A DNA stretch of 64,000 bases from Vicugna vicugna (Eukaryota). The stretch lies in NCBI GenBank assembly GCA_013265495.1, contig MU058844.1, forward strand, positions 9,320,184 to 9,384,183, in the 5' to 3' direction. Position 1 is the first letter of the stretch; the number at the start of each line of letters is the position of its first letter. Shown here in pieces: positions 37,636 to 51,812 of this stretch. The notes below the pieces were generated by a model. That model worked only from the letters and a program-made list of their open reading frames with translations, did not search any database and was not told the origin of the DNA. A program made the position numbers and the translations under genes.

Positions 37636-40052
37636 AAAATTTCTTAAGATCCGTAGATTTTCACAAATTCAAAGAAACTTTAAAATTGTTGTATTTCATA
37701 ATTTCAGCGGCAAAAGGATGCATTCCAGGGCAAACAAAATGGGAGGGATTTCAGCGGCTGTAATTACACAGTCACTACAGTAATGTTAGACTCCTCGCAA
37801 AGGAGTCAGTGTCTGAGCTCGCAGAAGTGGGACTGGGGGTCTTCAGAAGGAGCTCTGAAAAGAAGAAAGGTCTTGAAATGCCATCTAGATTTCTTAAACA
37901 TAATTTTCTATCTCCCTTTGCCTTTTCCACCTCAACCCTTGCTAGCTTACATCTAGCATAAAAACCTGGACTCAGCTCTTAAGAAAAAAAATCTGGCTTG
38001 AGCTGTGTTCTTTCTGTTCTTCACTTTAGCCTACTCTGAATCTTCTCTGTCTTTCCTAATATCTAACTCTAGCCTATGCTGTATCTGACCTGGGCTTCCA
38101 TCATCAAATGAGTTACACCGGAGTGTGTACTTGGCCCCCACGCGGGGCTAGGTCAGTGAATGTGGGTGGATGTCTGAAAGATGTTTAAGAGGTAGAGAGC
38201 CTGACAAGCTCCGTGGTCTTGAGGTCTGCATGCCAGGAAAAGTTACTGGCAAACATTCACATAATTCCTCTCTTCCCCTGAATGCCCATCACCACCAACC
38301 TGTCCTATGTGGAGAGCTAAATTTTCTTATTTAAGCATGTGTATATTAGGTCAACTTTCAAACATTATAAAAGGAAATAAAACTCTGACACTCAAAAAAT
38401 GTCTTCTTTCAGAGGTGAAAATTGATAGCATATACTCTGAATCTGATTATCCAGCTATGGAAAGTTAAATTGGTAAAGTCTAAAATGCTTCCTCTCAATC
38501 CCACCACCCCCTCCTGTGCCAAGAATTAAATGCATTTAATACACTTTCAATAGTGTGCCCTATGAAACCCTTTCCCAAACTGCCATATTTCAATTTGCAT
38601 GAAATAGCTGTTGAACATTTCTTCCAGCACCATATTTAGTGTTCACAGTGTTGGAACCCTCCCTGTACTACTTTCAGCTACTGATTTCTGGACTCTGCTC
38701 ACTTTCATTATTAAATAACTAGAAAGTCCAATTTATAAGTTACCTTTTGGTATGAGCTTACTTCCTCAGATTAGATGATAATTTCCTTCCTTGATGACTT
38801 CCTATGTGGGTCTTCATTTCAACACAATTTCAGGGGAAAAAAAGTAAAAACAAACTCCAAACTCTTTTCAAAAGTTAAACAAACCTAAGGCCAAAATACT
38901 GAACACAATTCAAAGATGATAAATACATTTGGTTATCTGTATATTAAAACACTAAATCTACACACTGAAATAGTGATGAACATATAATCTTTAGAGGAAA
39001 TAATTCACTATTTTATAAGCAGACTATGGCAGATTACAACTCCAATATACTGACTATCAATAATAATTTTAAAACATTTTTCTACTCAACCAATTTAACA
39101 ATGAAGAATTTGTTGTTGATTAGACCTGAGACTGTGAAGGAAGGGGAAAAAATATAACTGGGTATATGTTCTCCACTCTGAAAGGCAGATTAATTTGCAA
39201 TAACTATAATAAGAAGTAAAATGTTGCAAATTTCCCAACAGAAGTAAAAACTAAGTATGATGAAAGCACAGCAAAAAAGAGATGCATTCCAACTGAGAAT
39301 ATGCAGCAAGGAGCCCGCAGATGTTGAAAGGAATGTAGTGTAAAGGCCTGGGCTTTAAGGTCCAAAGACCAGAGTTCAAACCTCAGACCTGTCATTTACA
39401 AGCCACATGACTGCAGACAAATTAACAGGACTAAGTCTTTCTTCCCTCATCTGTGAAAAACAGAAACAAACACAAAAACCAACAACATAGCACTCACTCT
39501 GAACCAAAACAATACTATGAGCATTTAATACAAATTTATTTAATTCTCATAACAGCTATGTGTATGCTAATATCCTTCTCATTTGCAGATGAGGTACAGA
39601 AGGGTTATGGGGCCTATCTGAGGTCCACACTGGTGCATGCCAAGCAGGGACTGGATGTCACATGGTCAGGCTCCTAGTCACAGCCAGTTCTATGTTGATG
39701 GGTTAACGTGGGAGCACACTATACTCTCCATGAGCCTAATTTTATATACACATTTCATTGGCTCCTTTCAATAAGCCTATCAGCCGATTATTACTACTAC
39801 GCTCATTTACAAATCAGGACCTGGCTCAGACAAATTATGAAAGAACGTTTTGTGGCAATGGGTACAATGAACTGGAGCAGGACGCAAGGAGAGGATAACA
39901 GATAAGATTTTTTTGCAATAATGAAGTGTTGTGGTGATAAAGATAGAAAGGAGGGAGAGATCTGAGAAATCCAGAAGAATGAAAAAGAACAATTTCAGAG
40001 AAAAGCAGGAAGAGGATGAAAAAAAGTGTCTATTAAAGAAACCAGGGCTCTG

Positions 40053-40275
40053 GAAGGGTCAGCAAGCCAGAGCCACATGCCAAATCTGGCCCACCACCTG
40101 TATGTGCAAATAAAGTCACAATGAAACCCAGCCACACTCAGTTGCTTATATATTCTCTATGGTTGCTTTTGCTTGACAACAGTAGATCTGAGTGGCAACA
40201 ATGGAACCTACCTGGCCTGCAAAGCCAAACATATTTACCATTTTGTCCCTTAAAGGAAAATTCTGCCAATCCTTA
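40053..40275. mobile_element. MER58A-like hAT-Charlie MITE
   Basis: agggtcagcaa...gccaaatctggccc...aataaagt...tggcctgcaaagccaaacatatttac...gaaaattctgccaatcct motif series. Confidence 0.8.
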
Positions 40276-40282
40276 CTCCAGA

Positions 40283-40565
40283 GAAGCCCTGTCCAATAGA
40301 AATTTCTGTAATGATGGAGAAGTTCTATATCTCTACTGCACAACGGGGTAGCCCCTAGCCACAGGTGACTGGCTAAATTTAAATTCAAACTAATTAAAAG
40401 TAAATAAAAGTTTAAATTTAGTTCCTCAATCACACTAGCCACCTTTCAAGGACTCAACAGCCACATTAACTGATGTAAATTAAATCTTATTTAGTTCTAA
40501 TTAAATTAAACTTAAATTTACATAACCACATGTGGCTATCGGCTACCATATTAGACAACATAGTC
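40283..40565. mobile_element. MER3/MER33-like hAT-Charlie element
   Basis: ctgtccaatagaaatttctgtaatgatgga...tagccaca...cacactagccacctttcaag...ggctaccatattagaca. Confidence 0.75.
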
Positions 40566-40898
40566 CTGGGGAATTTCAAAGAGGTAAAGGTGGTCCCCAC
40601 ACCAAACAAGGTAAGGACTTCAAGTCAATCCACAGAATTAAGAAACAAATAGACATTGATGCTCTTTGGGAGGGTAATTGGGGCAGAGTGAGGAGGCCTG
40701 AGGTTACCTTTCAAAGGCTGTGGGAGTGTAAGGGAGAGGAGGACCCGGAGAAGGGACAACATGGCCAGGAAGTCAGGATGTAAAGAGAATGGGGATGCTC
40801 TGCCTCTCTCAATTGGTGCAAAGCTTTCAGCTGGCTTTTATTAAAAAAGAAGGGTGAAAAGTGAAAGTAGCTGAGGGGAGAGGGATTAAAAAGGAATG

Positions 40899-41387
40899 GC
40901 ATAAAAAAGAATCAACTAACACCATTTGCAGCAACATGGATGGAACTAGAGATTGTCATTCTAAGTAAAGTAAGCCAGAAAGAGAAAGAAAAATACAATA
41001 TGATACCACTAATATGTGGAATCCAAAAAAAAAAAAAAAAAGGACACTGTGAACTCAGCTACAAAACAGAAACAGACTTGCAGACATAGTAAACAATCTT
41101 AGGGTTACCGGAGAAAGGGGGTGGGAAGCGATAAATTTGAGTTTGAGATCTACAAATGTTAGCCACTATACATAAAAACAGATTTTTAAAAAAGTTTCTT
41201 TTGTATACCACAGGGAACTATGTTCAACATCTTGCAATAACCTTTAATGGAAAAAAAATATGAAAACATACGTGTATGTTTATGCATGACTGAGACATTG
41301 TGCTGAACACCAGAAACTGGCACATTGTAACTGACTGTACTTCAATTAAAATAAAAAATAAATAAATAAGTAAAAAAAATTTTTTTT
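40899..41387 (+). mobile_element. 5'-truncated L1 3' end
   Basis: ccatttgcagcaacatggatggaactagaga...ctaagtaaagtaagccag L1 signature and A-rich tail; probable TSD AAGGAATGGCA (40891-40901) / AAGTAATGGCA (41388-41398). Confidence 0.9.
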
Positions 41388-42610
41388 AAGTAATGGCAAT
41401 ATTGTTTTGTTTTAGTTTTTTTCATGGCATTGGCAAGCGGGACAGCAAAAAAACAACACAAAGTTCAGGTTCTGGTTTGAAAATGCAAGCACATCAGGGC
41501 AGCTGAAATACAAGATGTGTGTTTGCAGCGGGAACAGAACAAGAGCCAAGGCAAGAAAGACCAGTGCAAGCCTTATCTTAAAAGCCATGAATGCCTTGAT
41601 AAGGGGAGGTCATTAAAGAGGAATGCCCTGTTCTGAAAGGGATTTCAGGTCACACTTGAGAGATAAAGGAGGAAATCGAATCAAGTAGGATCTATTGACT
41701 AAGGTAGGAAGTCATACTACGTAATGAAAATGTAGGGGAGGTGCAGAAACAAATCAAAGGAGCTAGAAGTAGGAGAAAAACTGGTTTCAAAGAAAATTGA
41801 GGTTTTTTATCATCTCTGGGTGTCAAGTTTACACTCTCTTTAAGGCAGACTTGAAATAGGAAAGAAAAATAAGTAATTTTGAAATACGAGAGGGAACAGC
41901 ATTTTGTCCATCACCAGCAATGTGCCAGGTTCTGAGCTTGGTAATTTAAACTGAGTTTGGTAAATCATTTAATCCACGCACTCTCCCCTAAGGATGACAA
42001 CGATATTCCCATTTTACAGATGAGAAATGAGGCTTAGAGAGGTCAAGTAACTTCCCAGAATCATCAAACTAACATGTGGCAGACTGGAACCCGGTGCTTT
42101 CTGAACACAGGGAAAATGTGGTGAAGTCCCAGTTTTCCATGTCTGTGCGCTTATTTAATTCCTGTACCCCCACTAGACACTGTTTCCTGTGCGCAGAGAC
42201 CACGTGTTAGTCTGGCACACAACGGCACACAGCAAGTGCTCAATAATTATTTTTAAATAAATGCTGCAAGTGTGAACGAATGTGAACTGAAGTAGTACTC
42301 TTCTGCCACATTAACACAAATAAGCAAAGGTGTCTCATGAGGTAAATGTTCAGCAAAAACAATGACTCGCTCAAAAGACTACTATTACACACAAACAGAG
42401 AAGGCTTTAAGCATTTTTAAGAGGGCATCATATTGCTTTGTTCGCATATTGACATCCCATCTAAATTACAGGTACTTGGCTTTGGGCAGTATCAACTGAC
42501 TGTTCCAGGAAATCCTCCAAATTAGGTAACTGCTTCTTTGCGGCAGCATAATAACCTCATGTTAATTTAACCACTAGGAGTATTGTTTATGTAAAAGGAG
42601 TTGGAAATAT

Positions 42611-42665
42611 AGGACAATATTTCAACACAGAAACCTACAGGACAGTATTTCAACACAGAAACCTA
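42611..42665. repeat. 28-bp tandem duplication
   Basis: AGGACAATATTTCAACACAGAAACCTA-C then AGGACAGTATTTCAACACAGAAACCTA, one mismatch. Confidence 0.9.
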
Positions 42666-44744
42666 ACGCAAAGAGAGAGATGTTCTTTAGCCCTACTGAT
42701 ACTTTATACATGAGTACATACACTCAGAACCTGCCTCCCTCCCACCAGCTTTGGCCACAGATTGCCCCATCTCAGCATGAAAGGATGGCCTGGACATCTG
42801 CTCCCCTGCCAGACCATCTCAGATTAAAACTGAGTGAAATGCCAATAGTGAAAAATGCAGCCAACAGGAAAAAGAATAAAAAAGAAAGGTTTTCAAGAAA
42901 TCAATACCTGTTATCTGAACTGGCTCCACTGTCAATGGAGAGAAAAGGCATGAATGAATGATCTTAAAATTCTCTGGCTGTGAGTCACGCCTGACAGTTA
43001 AATTCAAAGCAGAAGGTGAGGACACCATTTTATCCTAGTCATTTTATTTTTATTCTAAAGGAAATGCAGGAAAAATAAAGAATTGAAGCAAAAGGAAATA
43101 GGATTCAGCTTAATAGAAACAAGAAAAATACAAAATTATAACTCATTAAAATAAAAGGTCAAATAGAAAAGATAAGGTCTCAACATTCAAATTTCAATGC
43201 ATAAATTTATTAAAATGTAACTATAATCCCCAATAAATACACATTTAACAGTGTATTCTAAAGGGAAGTAAACTTCATCAGTAAGCCCCTTTTATACAGC
43301 TACTTATAGGACATTCAGGAGCAGTGGTCCTTGATCAACCAACTTATTAGTCAGCCATGAGGACCTCATAAACCAAACTTCAATTCAGAGCAGATTCTTA
43401 GAAACCCAGACCCACAGACCAGGATGCCCACGGGGACCCCAAGCAGGTAACCCTGAAACCTCAGAAATACCCAGAGAATCAGGAAGGGGCAGAAGAGGAG
43501 GCACACTCTCCAATGCCAACAGGGATTTGCTGGAGGGAAGAGAAGATGCCTCTACGCACTGAATCCTGATGGTAGCAATGATGAAGTGGTGAAAGAAACA
43601 AAGACGGAAATGGGAAAGGGAGAAAGGAGAAGAGAGAGCAGTCCCAGCACCACCCAGAGCAGAAGAAAGCCAATTTGTGCACATGGTGTTACCTTGCTCT
43701 GGTAAAGAAAAAATGGGAAGAAGAGAGGGGAGAAATAGGTAAGGATTGAAACGAAAGTGCTCTAAACTTGAGGACTTGAGGACTGTATATTCTTTTCTAT
43801 GTTCATTACATCTTCATCTTAGCAATCCATTTCTTTCTCTTTAAGGCTGTAACTCATGCAGAACGACACACTATAAGGTTCTGATGAAACTGTCCTCTAC
43901 AGCGGGCTCCCAGAAGGCAGACACCACGCTCATTAACTCATTCTGCACAACACTTGGCTCATGTCCACAGAGAGATCTTCTATACAAGCTCTTATTAAAG
44001 AGGAGAAATACAATCAATCATTCTAGAATGTCTAAAAAGAACTTTATCTTCCCACTGACTCTTATAAATCATTCTGAGATTATTTCTATAAAGATTGTAA
44101 TTGGGGTGGATACACAGGGAGCATCAATTTTGTTTGTTTTATTGTTTAAAATAAAATGATCTGAAGCAAATGTGACAAAATGATAAGATATTACAAAGCC
44201 CAGTGTTCAGTGTCCCCTGTATTATTATCTTTACTTTTACTCTAAATATTTCATAAGGAGAAAGACTGTGGGGACTTATTCACAATTTTTATTAATATTT
44301 TCGGAGGAAAAAACCTGACAATATACATCAGAAAGTGTATCATTTCTCTTTCACCCAGAAATCTTCTAAAAATTCATCAGCAAGAAGGAAGGAAAGAGAC
44401 AGACAGACAGTCAGACATGGAGACAGAGACAGAGACAGAGAGAGAAATCTTTGGAATGCTGTGTCCAAAGAAGCAAGTATTCCTACAAGTAGAGAAACCA
44501 CCTAAATATCAACATGAAGGGACTGAAATAAATAATTTTACATTCACCCAATATGTTAAAATATTCTGCATACATTAAAAATCATGGACTAGAAGAATAG
44601 AGGAACGGAAAAATCACAACTTATTCCAAGTAGGAAAAAAGCTATCAAACAGTATGAATAGTATAATTCCATTTTTCTGTGAGAATAAAAATAGAGAGAC
44701 AAACAGACTGACAGACATAGCTTATCGACGTTTTTAAAAGCAAA

Positions 44745-44975
44745 AGTCATACACATACGAAAAATATGAGTGTGTGCAAAAACTGGTGAGTCTGAACAAG
44801 GTTTGTAGTCTAGCTAATTGTTTTAAGCCACTGTCAACTTTGGTCTTGATAACTAATACAGTCATGTCAGATGTTACCACTGGGGGGAGCTGAGTGATGG
44901 GTACAAATGACTTCTTTGTACTATTTTGCAACTTCTCTTGGGTCTATAATTATTCCAAAATAAAAATTTTAAAAG
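44745..44975 (+). mobile_element. Old L1M 3' UTR fragment
   Basis: gatgttaccactggggggagctgagtgatgggtac...tgtactattttgcaacttctc...ctataattattccaaaataaaa, a typical L1M terminus. Confidence 0.75.
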
Positions 44976-46091
44976 AAAAAAATAAAAGACTGAAGGGAAA
45001 TATACAAACTACACCAAGATAGATACTAAGAATGTATTTAGATACTGAACTATAACTGATATTCCACTTATTTTGGCTTTCTTGACATTACCTAGTTAAA
45101 ATTTGAAGTAACACTGCTTCTTTCTGGGAGAAAAAGCATAAACTTAAATTTCAATCAGAATTACTTTTGAATAAGAAATGTCAATGAAAATTAATTGAAA
45201 ACCTAGGCCTCAAGCCCAGGCCTTGTGACTATAAAATCTCTGCTCTTTTAATTAAACCACACTGTATCTCGTTCAATTTTCCAACTTCACCTCTCACCAG
45301 AACAACCTCACACACAGAAAGAAACATAACATAGACATATCTACAATGATAAATCAACTTAACTAACTAGGTACCACTGAGCATAAGTTAAAACATTAAG
45401 AAAAGTAGACAAAACTTTTATGTCTTTTTTTCCCTAGCCTTATCCTCAAAATGATCTAATAACAAGGTCATAAACTACATCTTTGCTCTATCCTGGCCAA
45501 TTCCCCCATTATCTAAATATCACATCCCAGATCAAAGATCTTCCATTAACATTTTCATAATTTGAACCTGAATATAGTGCAGCTTGCTCAATTTTCCAAG
45601 AGTTCATTATCTGGCTGGTCTCTTTGGGCACTAACTGAACCCATTACTTCTCTTTATCCTCTTTTTTGTTACTTGCCTTTTTCTCACCTTCTAGCAGAAA
45701 ATGAGAGGCTGCATAGAGGGATAAAACTAAAATTGGTCGATTCTTTTATTTATTACAGGATTCATTAGGCAGAAAATGGCCACTGTTCACCAAAATGTAA
45801 GCCTGCATGCTTTAGTCACTCACATCTCAAAAGTCAAAGCAATTCAGTGTAGAGTTGATTATAAAATAAAGCAAAGTTTATTACTCATATTTTCAGAAAA
45901 TAATAACTAGATAGTCCATATCACTCGATTACTCTTCTTTTATTAAACAAGAAAATGAAAGCTATCTTACTACAAGCAAAAACACTTTTTTCCTTTAACG
46001 TATGAAATCATTCTTCAGTTATACTCTATCCAGACTCTCACTCACCACCTGGAATAGTGCCTGGCATGTAGAAGCCATTCAATAAACATTT

Positions 46092-46258
46092 TAAAAATAT
46101 ATTTTATTTATTTATTATTGTATTATTTAATTACTTTATTTTGGTGTGGGGGGAGGTAATTAGGTTTGTTTATTATTGGAAGAGGTACTGGGGATTGAAC
46201 CCGGGACCTCATGCATGCCAAGCATGTGCTCTACCATTTGAATTGTACCTTCCCACCA
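46092..46258 (-). mobile_element. tRNA-Ala-derived SINE (camelid Vic-1-like) inserted into an L2 tail
   Basis: Reverse-complement head (gaggtactggggattgaacccgggacctcatgcatgccaagcatgtgctctacca) and ggtaattagg tail; 13-bp TSD TCAATAAACATTT at 46079-46091 and 46259-46271. Confidence 0.92.
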
Positions 46259-46684
46259 TCAATAAACATTTGATGAATGAACAAGAGAAAGAAGGAAAGA
46301 ATAAATGAAGAAACAAATGAGTTACTAATGAATAAGTTCTAGAGACAAAAAAACTCCATTTTTACAAATACAAAAGGCTAACAAACATATATATGTGTAT
46401 ACATATGTATATATGCACCTACTTGTTTTTAAATCTGAAACACCAGCATTATGAGGATAAAATAATATTAACTGGAGAGGAAATATGACACAGTGAGTAG
46501 CTGATACACTCTGACAGATCTGGTTTTTCACCCCAGATCTGCCACCTGCATGTTAGGTGAACGTGAGCAAGTTTCTTAACTTTCCCTAAATCCTCCTTTA
46601 GGAACGGATGCTCTTGAGAAGTTAAAGAAATATGGTAAGGTATATTATTGTTGCTATTATTATTGCATTTTGTTATCTGAACAC

Positions 46685-47045
46685 ACTATAAAGTGATCGC
46701 CACAATAAGTACTATCCATCACCATACAAAGTACCAACTTTTTTTCTTTTTTCCTGTGATAAGGACTTTTAAAGTTACTCTCTTAGCAACTTTCAAATAT
46801 GCAATACAGCATTATTAACTACAGTCACCATGCTGTACATTGCATTCCCAGGATCTATTTATCTTATCACTGGAAGTTTGTACCTTTTGATCCCCTTCAC
46901 CCATTTCACCGACCCTCATAACCCTCCACTCTGGCAACCATCAATCTGTACTCTGTATCTGAGCTTCATTTTTGTTTTGTTTTGTTGTTTGTTTTGGTTT
47001 TCAGAATCCACGTGTAAGTGAGATCATATGGTACTTGTCTTTCTT
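46685..47045 (-). mobile_element. L1 (L1MA-type) 3' UTR fragment
   Basis: tactctcttagcaactttcaaatatgcaatacag.attattaactacagtcaccatgctgtacatt...aagtgagatcatatggtacttgtctttct. Confidence 0.85.
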
Positions 47046-50000
47046 TTATCACTTTTAACCAGTGGTTTTTATTTGGTAAATAAAATTTGGTTTATCTGGT
47101 TAACATATTTGCTAAAGAATGACAATCTGGTAACAAGAGTTGATATTGATACAACTCTTAAATCTGAAATTTTCGGAATCTGGTATGTGGAGAGAGACAT
47201 TTCCAGTCTATACTCATGGTGCAATCTTGGGCTGTTACCATGTAAGTAAAGTATTTCCCTCCTTGCAGTTATGTGTGTCTTTGGCTTGAGAATTAAATAT
47301 ATCAGCTAGAGAGGAGCAAAGGGAAATGATTTCCTCATAATAAAATTTAGACTCACAAAGAAGAGAATTTCAAACTCTCTGATGCCTTGATACAACGAAG
47401 AGTCATGGGTCATTCTCGGTTCTGGTGGGATGGATGATTCAGGTAATAGGTACCTGCAATTTATATAGGAATCCAGATTTAGGAGATAGATTTAAGAAGG
47501 TTCACATGCATGTGGTGAAGTCTTAAAATCAGTTTGAAGGACATGTACAAGGTTATGTGCATTCTGCTGCAGAGGTAACAAAGGTGACTTGAGACCTGAT
47601 CCCTGTCCTTTCATCATCTAGCTGAGAATTTTTAAATTTCTAGTAAGAGATGAGTATCAGTGGGGTACAAGCTTATGTAGTGAATGCATGGTGACTCAAT
47701 GGAGATGAGAATTGAGCATTCTCTGCCAAACTACCTTACAGGGAAATAAAATTCAAGTGACGTGCTTCTGAGGAGAGGACCATTTGTCAGGAAGACATGT
47801 ACAAATTGACTCTGGGAAAACAATGAAGATTTACATTCCACTAAAATGAGAGAGTAGAAGACACATAGAAACATAGGTGACTAGTGAAGAGAAGGGATGT
47901 TACATCTCCGACCGAAAAGTTTTAGATTTCTAACAGTTTTTTCATTCCTTTGTGCCTTCTAGGTACAGTCATGACAACCAGACAGAAGAAGTTAAAGAGT
48001 GTAGTTGCAACTCATTACAGAAACTGGGCTCTCCAGTGTGACCCAGCTTGTGTGAAAAATGAAGTCTACCACTCTATGACAAGTCACTTAATCTCTCTGC
48101 CCTTTAGTTTACGCAGTTTTAAAAATGCATTATAAAGATACCTATCTCACAGGCGTCGGAAGGATTCAAAGAATATATACAGTGTTAGCACAGGGCCTGG
48201 CTCACCACAAGTGCTCCACCACTGTGACTGCTGTTGTACTGCCCTGGTTGTCATCCCTGTTACTATTACTATCACCATCATTATTGAGAAACAATGCAAC
48301 AAAAGTTCTAAAGAAAGACACTAGCTCAGTCATGAGCTGGAGAATAATCACATGTGAGTTTCCTTCTCAATCGAATACAGACTCTCCAAGTATTATTGTG
48401 GCTCACCCCTTAAACTCTCAAAGGAAGCATTTAATATTTTTCGATCACTTGTTTCCCAAAGTTTGGCAACACCTATGAAATAACACAGGTAAGTGAGAGA
48501 GCCCACAACTCACTGTCCTTGCACTGGATTTCAAAATCAAGATATTCCTATTAGAACTGAGAGAGCTGGATGCAACATAAATCCTACGAAACTCATCTCT
48601 GCACTTAACATATGCCATTTATCAAGGTCTGTCCTCCTACACTAGGATCAAGATGAAAAGAAATGAAAGCAAAACAGCAAAGGATACCATACATGAATGC
48701 ACAGAAAGTAATTAAAATCAACCACTTCCATAATGATGAACATATAACAAGTCCTTGTACTTTCTTTTACTGAGAGGTTGGAGGGAAGGAAAGTTTTCAA
48801 ATATTCATAACTAGATTAATTAATTAGGCTATTTATCACCATGTTCTCATAAAAATAATATAAAAGTATACTACAAGCAATGAATAATGTGGTCTTTACA
48901 GATTTTCCTTAAGCTGGAACAACAACAGAGCATTTTTAAGAGAGGGTAATAGTATTGGTTCAAGAAACATTTCTAAAGTAGGTAACGATGAATATAAAGC
49001 CTCCCTCCCCTGATTCTTGGGACTGTTGCACACAATTTAAATATTTTATATATATAATATACATTTTTTCCCGAAGAACATCAATCTACTATTCTAGATC
49101 TAATATGGATATTTTCCAAATGTTTCTGAGATACAGATCCAGATTTTTTAAATTACTTTTAGTGGTTTCAGTGGAGAAGAGGCAAGAAAAGAAAAACTGA
49201 AATTAATTGAGACAGTTATTATAGAAACAGTATAACGTGATATATATTTAGATAGAGTAGAGACATGAAATTCATACTGTCCAGGTTCAAATCCTTAATC
49301 TGCTACTTACTAGTTTTATATGTTTAGGCAAGTTTCTTCAACTCTCTGTATCTCCATTTCCACACCCACTTAATGAAAATAAAAGTTGACCCTACCCCAC
49401 AGGGTTGTTAGAAATATTAAATAAATTTAAGCCCTTGGTATTATACCTGGCTCAAAGCACGGATACAATAAAGCTCAGCTGTTTTCTCTGTAGGCTGGAC
49501 ACAATTTACGTACACTAGCACACTTAATCATTCCAACAGCCCTGTAAATTACTGTTATATTTCACAATCAATAAAGATAGGCTGGATTGCACAGAGTAAT
49601 AACAGCAAACTCCAAAGAACTGGAAAAAAATAATGTTTATTTCTCACTCGTGCAAACTTACTGTGGCTTCAAGCAGATTCCTCAAAGTACTGTCATCTAT
49701 GCATTTCGGCTCCGCAATCCAGGCTACAAGTGTTTCCATAAAACAGGCCAGAGGGGACTAAGGATTGAAGCTCTAGCAACTAAATGTTTCACCAGGAAGT
49801 GATACGCCTTACTCCTTTGGTTACATTAGCCAAAGCTAATCACATGACCATGCCTGGGTGGGGAAATCTGATCCTCCTGTGGCTCTGAAGTAAAGAACAG
49901 ACACTGCTGAGCAATAATACCCATCACATTCCCCGTTTTATAATTCCTTCATTTTATAATTATTTGGGACAATGTCCTGTTCAAAGAGTGGAACTTAAAT

Positions 50001-51729
50001 TTTAACCTAGAAATCAGTTTGTTTTCTCTACTAATAATGATCCTCAACATTTTTTTCTCCTACCCACCAAAACAGGGTCTTGCACAAATTTCCCATTAGT
50101 AACAGTGGCAAACTTCATTGGGCCTGATTAAGCAGGGAAAGTCGGGAGGAAAGCAATGTTAGGGCATTTGTGGTTTAGAAAAGCACTTAACTTCCAATTG
50201 GGAATCAATGAAATGCTCCAAAAAAAAGAAGTGCAGAGAGAAAGCAAAGTGAGATTAGTGCAAAGGTAGACTTTTCTAAGCTCCAACGCTTTTGCTTACG
50301 ATTACTTTAGCAAAGAGTCAATAATAATGGTTTTATGTCCTTTCAGCTACTAAATTCTTTATCATTCTATTGTACCAATTTTTTCTGTACAAACGTCTAT
50401 ATTGATCATGTCTAAAGCAGACACTGAGCATTCTTTCTTTTTCCTTCAGCTTCCAGAAGTTATTTTACTTAATGATGTATTCACTTAGGAGAAACATCTT
50501 AAAATATTATACTTGAAAAATATTGTTATTCTAACATCAAAACCTATGGAGAATGTATTCCTATTGTCCCGAGTTATCTCTTCAGTCAAAGACCAACAGA
50601 CTTTAGATGCTTTTCTTCCACTTAGAGCAATACAGGTTTTTAAATCAGTAAAATTCACTACTTACTAAAAGTCAGAAATCAACCCCTATCCTTCTCGAAC
50701 AGTAGTATTTGAAAAAGCTTCTTTTTTTTTTTTAACTATCCTAAGACTTTTATCTGGACTATTTCAAACTCAAAATTCTTAAATTTCAAATTTCCTAGAT
50801 ATTATAAGAATAACATGTTTCCTTTCTATGCACTGTCCCTTGCCTCATTTGGCCATAATATCAGCAAAAGCATATATAATTAATACCTTTTATAACAAGT
50901 TCTCTAACCACATGGAACCACATGGTTTACATAAAGGATCTGAGTTCTACAATCAAACTGTAATTTAAAGAGGTTACTACATTAATATATATTATCACAA
51001 CGATTCATTAGCCACCCCCACCCCCATTTCTCTTGCAAATGTCACACCACAACGGAAAGCAATGATCTCCCTTATGGAGTCACTGCCTCAAAGTGGAAAT
51101 TCTTTAAAAAAAAAAAAACAAAAGTAAATACCTTTAACCACTGGATTTTATTTATCGACTAACAGTATATGGCATGAACAAAGGAAAAGTAAGCCACCTT
51201 CCAGGAAGTACTAAGAGTTTGGACTTTCCCCCAACTTGGTAATTGATAGGTCACAGTTGATTGAATTTTCATTGTTCATTGATTGTGCCATTTGTCAGGC
51301 AATCCATCCTTGCTTACGTAATCCCAGCATTCCTGTAGTTCACTCTGTTCCGTCTTGACAGTTCAACAGCATGACAGACTGAGAAAATTGGATACAGCAC
51401 AGCACCAAATTGTTGACCTTCAGAATATAAAATAAGGCCCATCTTTCAAAATTGGTCTTTCTTGATGAGGTTATATGAGGGACAGTATTACTAACAGGCC
51501 ATTTTTCATACTGATTCTGTACCTTCTTAAAATATTTTTTCATTTATAAAAAATGATAATTTAAAATTTAAATGTATCTGTACTGTGCACAATATTATGA
51601 ATAAATTCATTTCATTTGGAGTTTGTCAAAAGGGGACAGATTTTTCATCTTCAGATAAAACTCTCACTTTCAAACCAGAATTAAATATAATTTTAATAAT
51701 ATCTGATAAATATGAAGGCAATTTCAAAA

Positions 51730-51812
51730 GAAGGAAGGAAGGAGGGAGGAAGGGAGGGAGGGAAGGAGGAAAGAAGGAAGGAAGAAAGGAAGAAAGCAAG
51801 GAAGCAAGCAAG
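51730..51812. repeat. (GGAA/GGGA/GCAA)n compound purine-rich microsatellite
   Basis: aaggaaggaaggagggaggaagggagggagggaaggaggaaagaaggaaggaagaaaggaagaaagcaaggaagcaagcaag. Confidence 0.9.
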
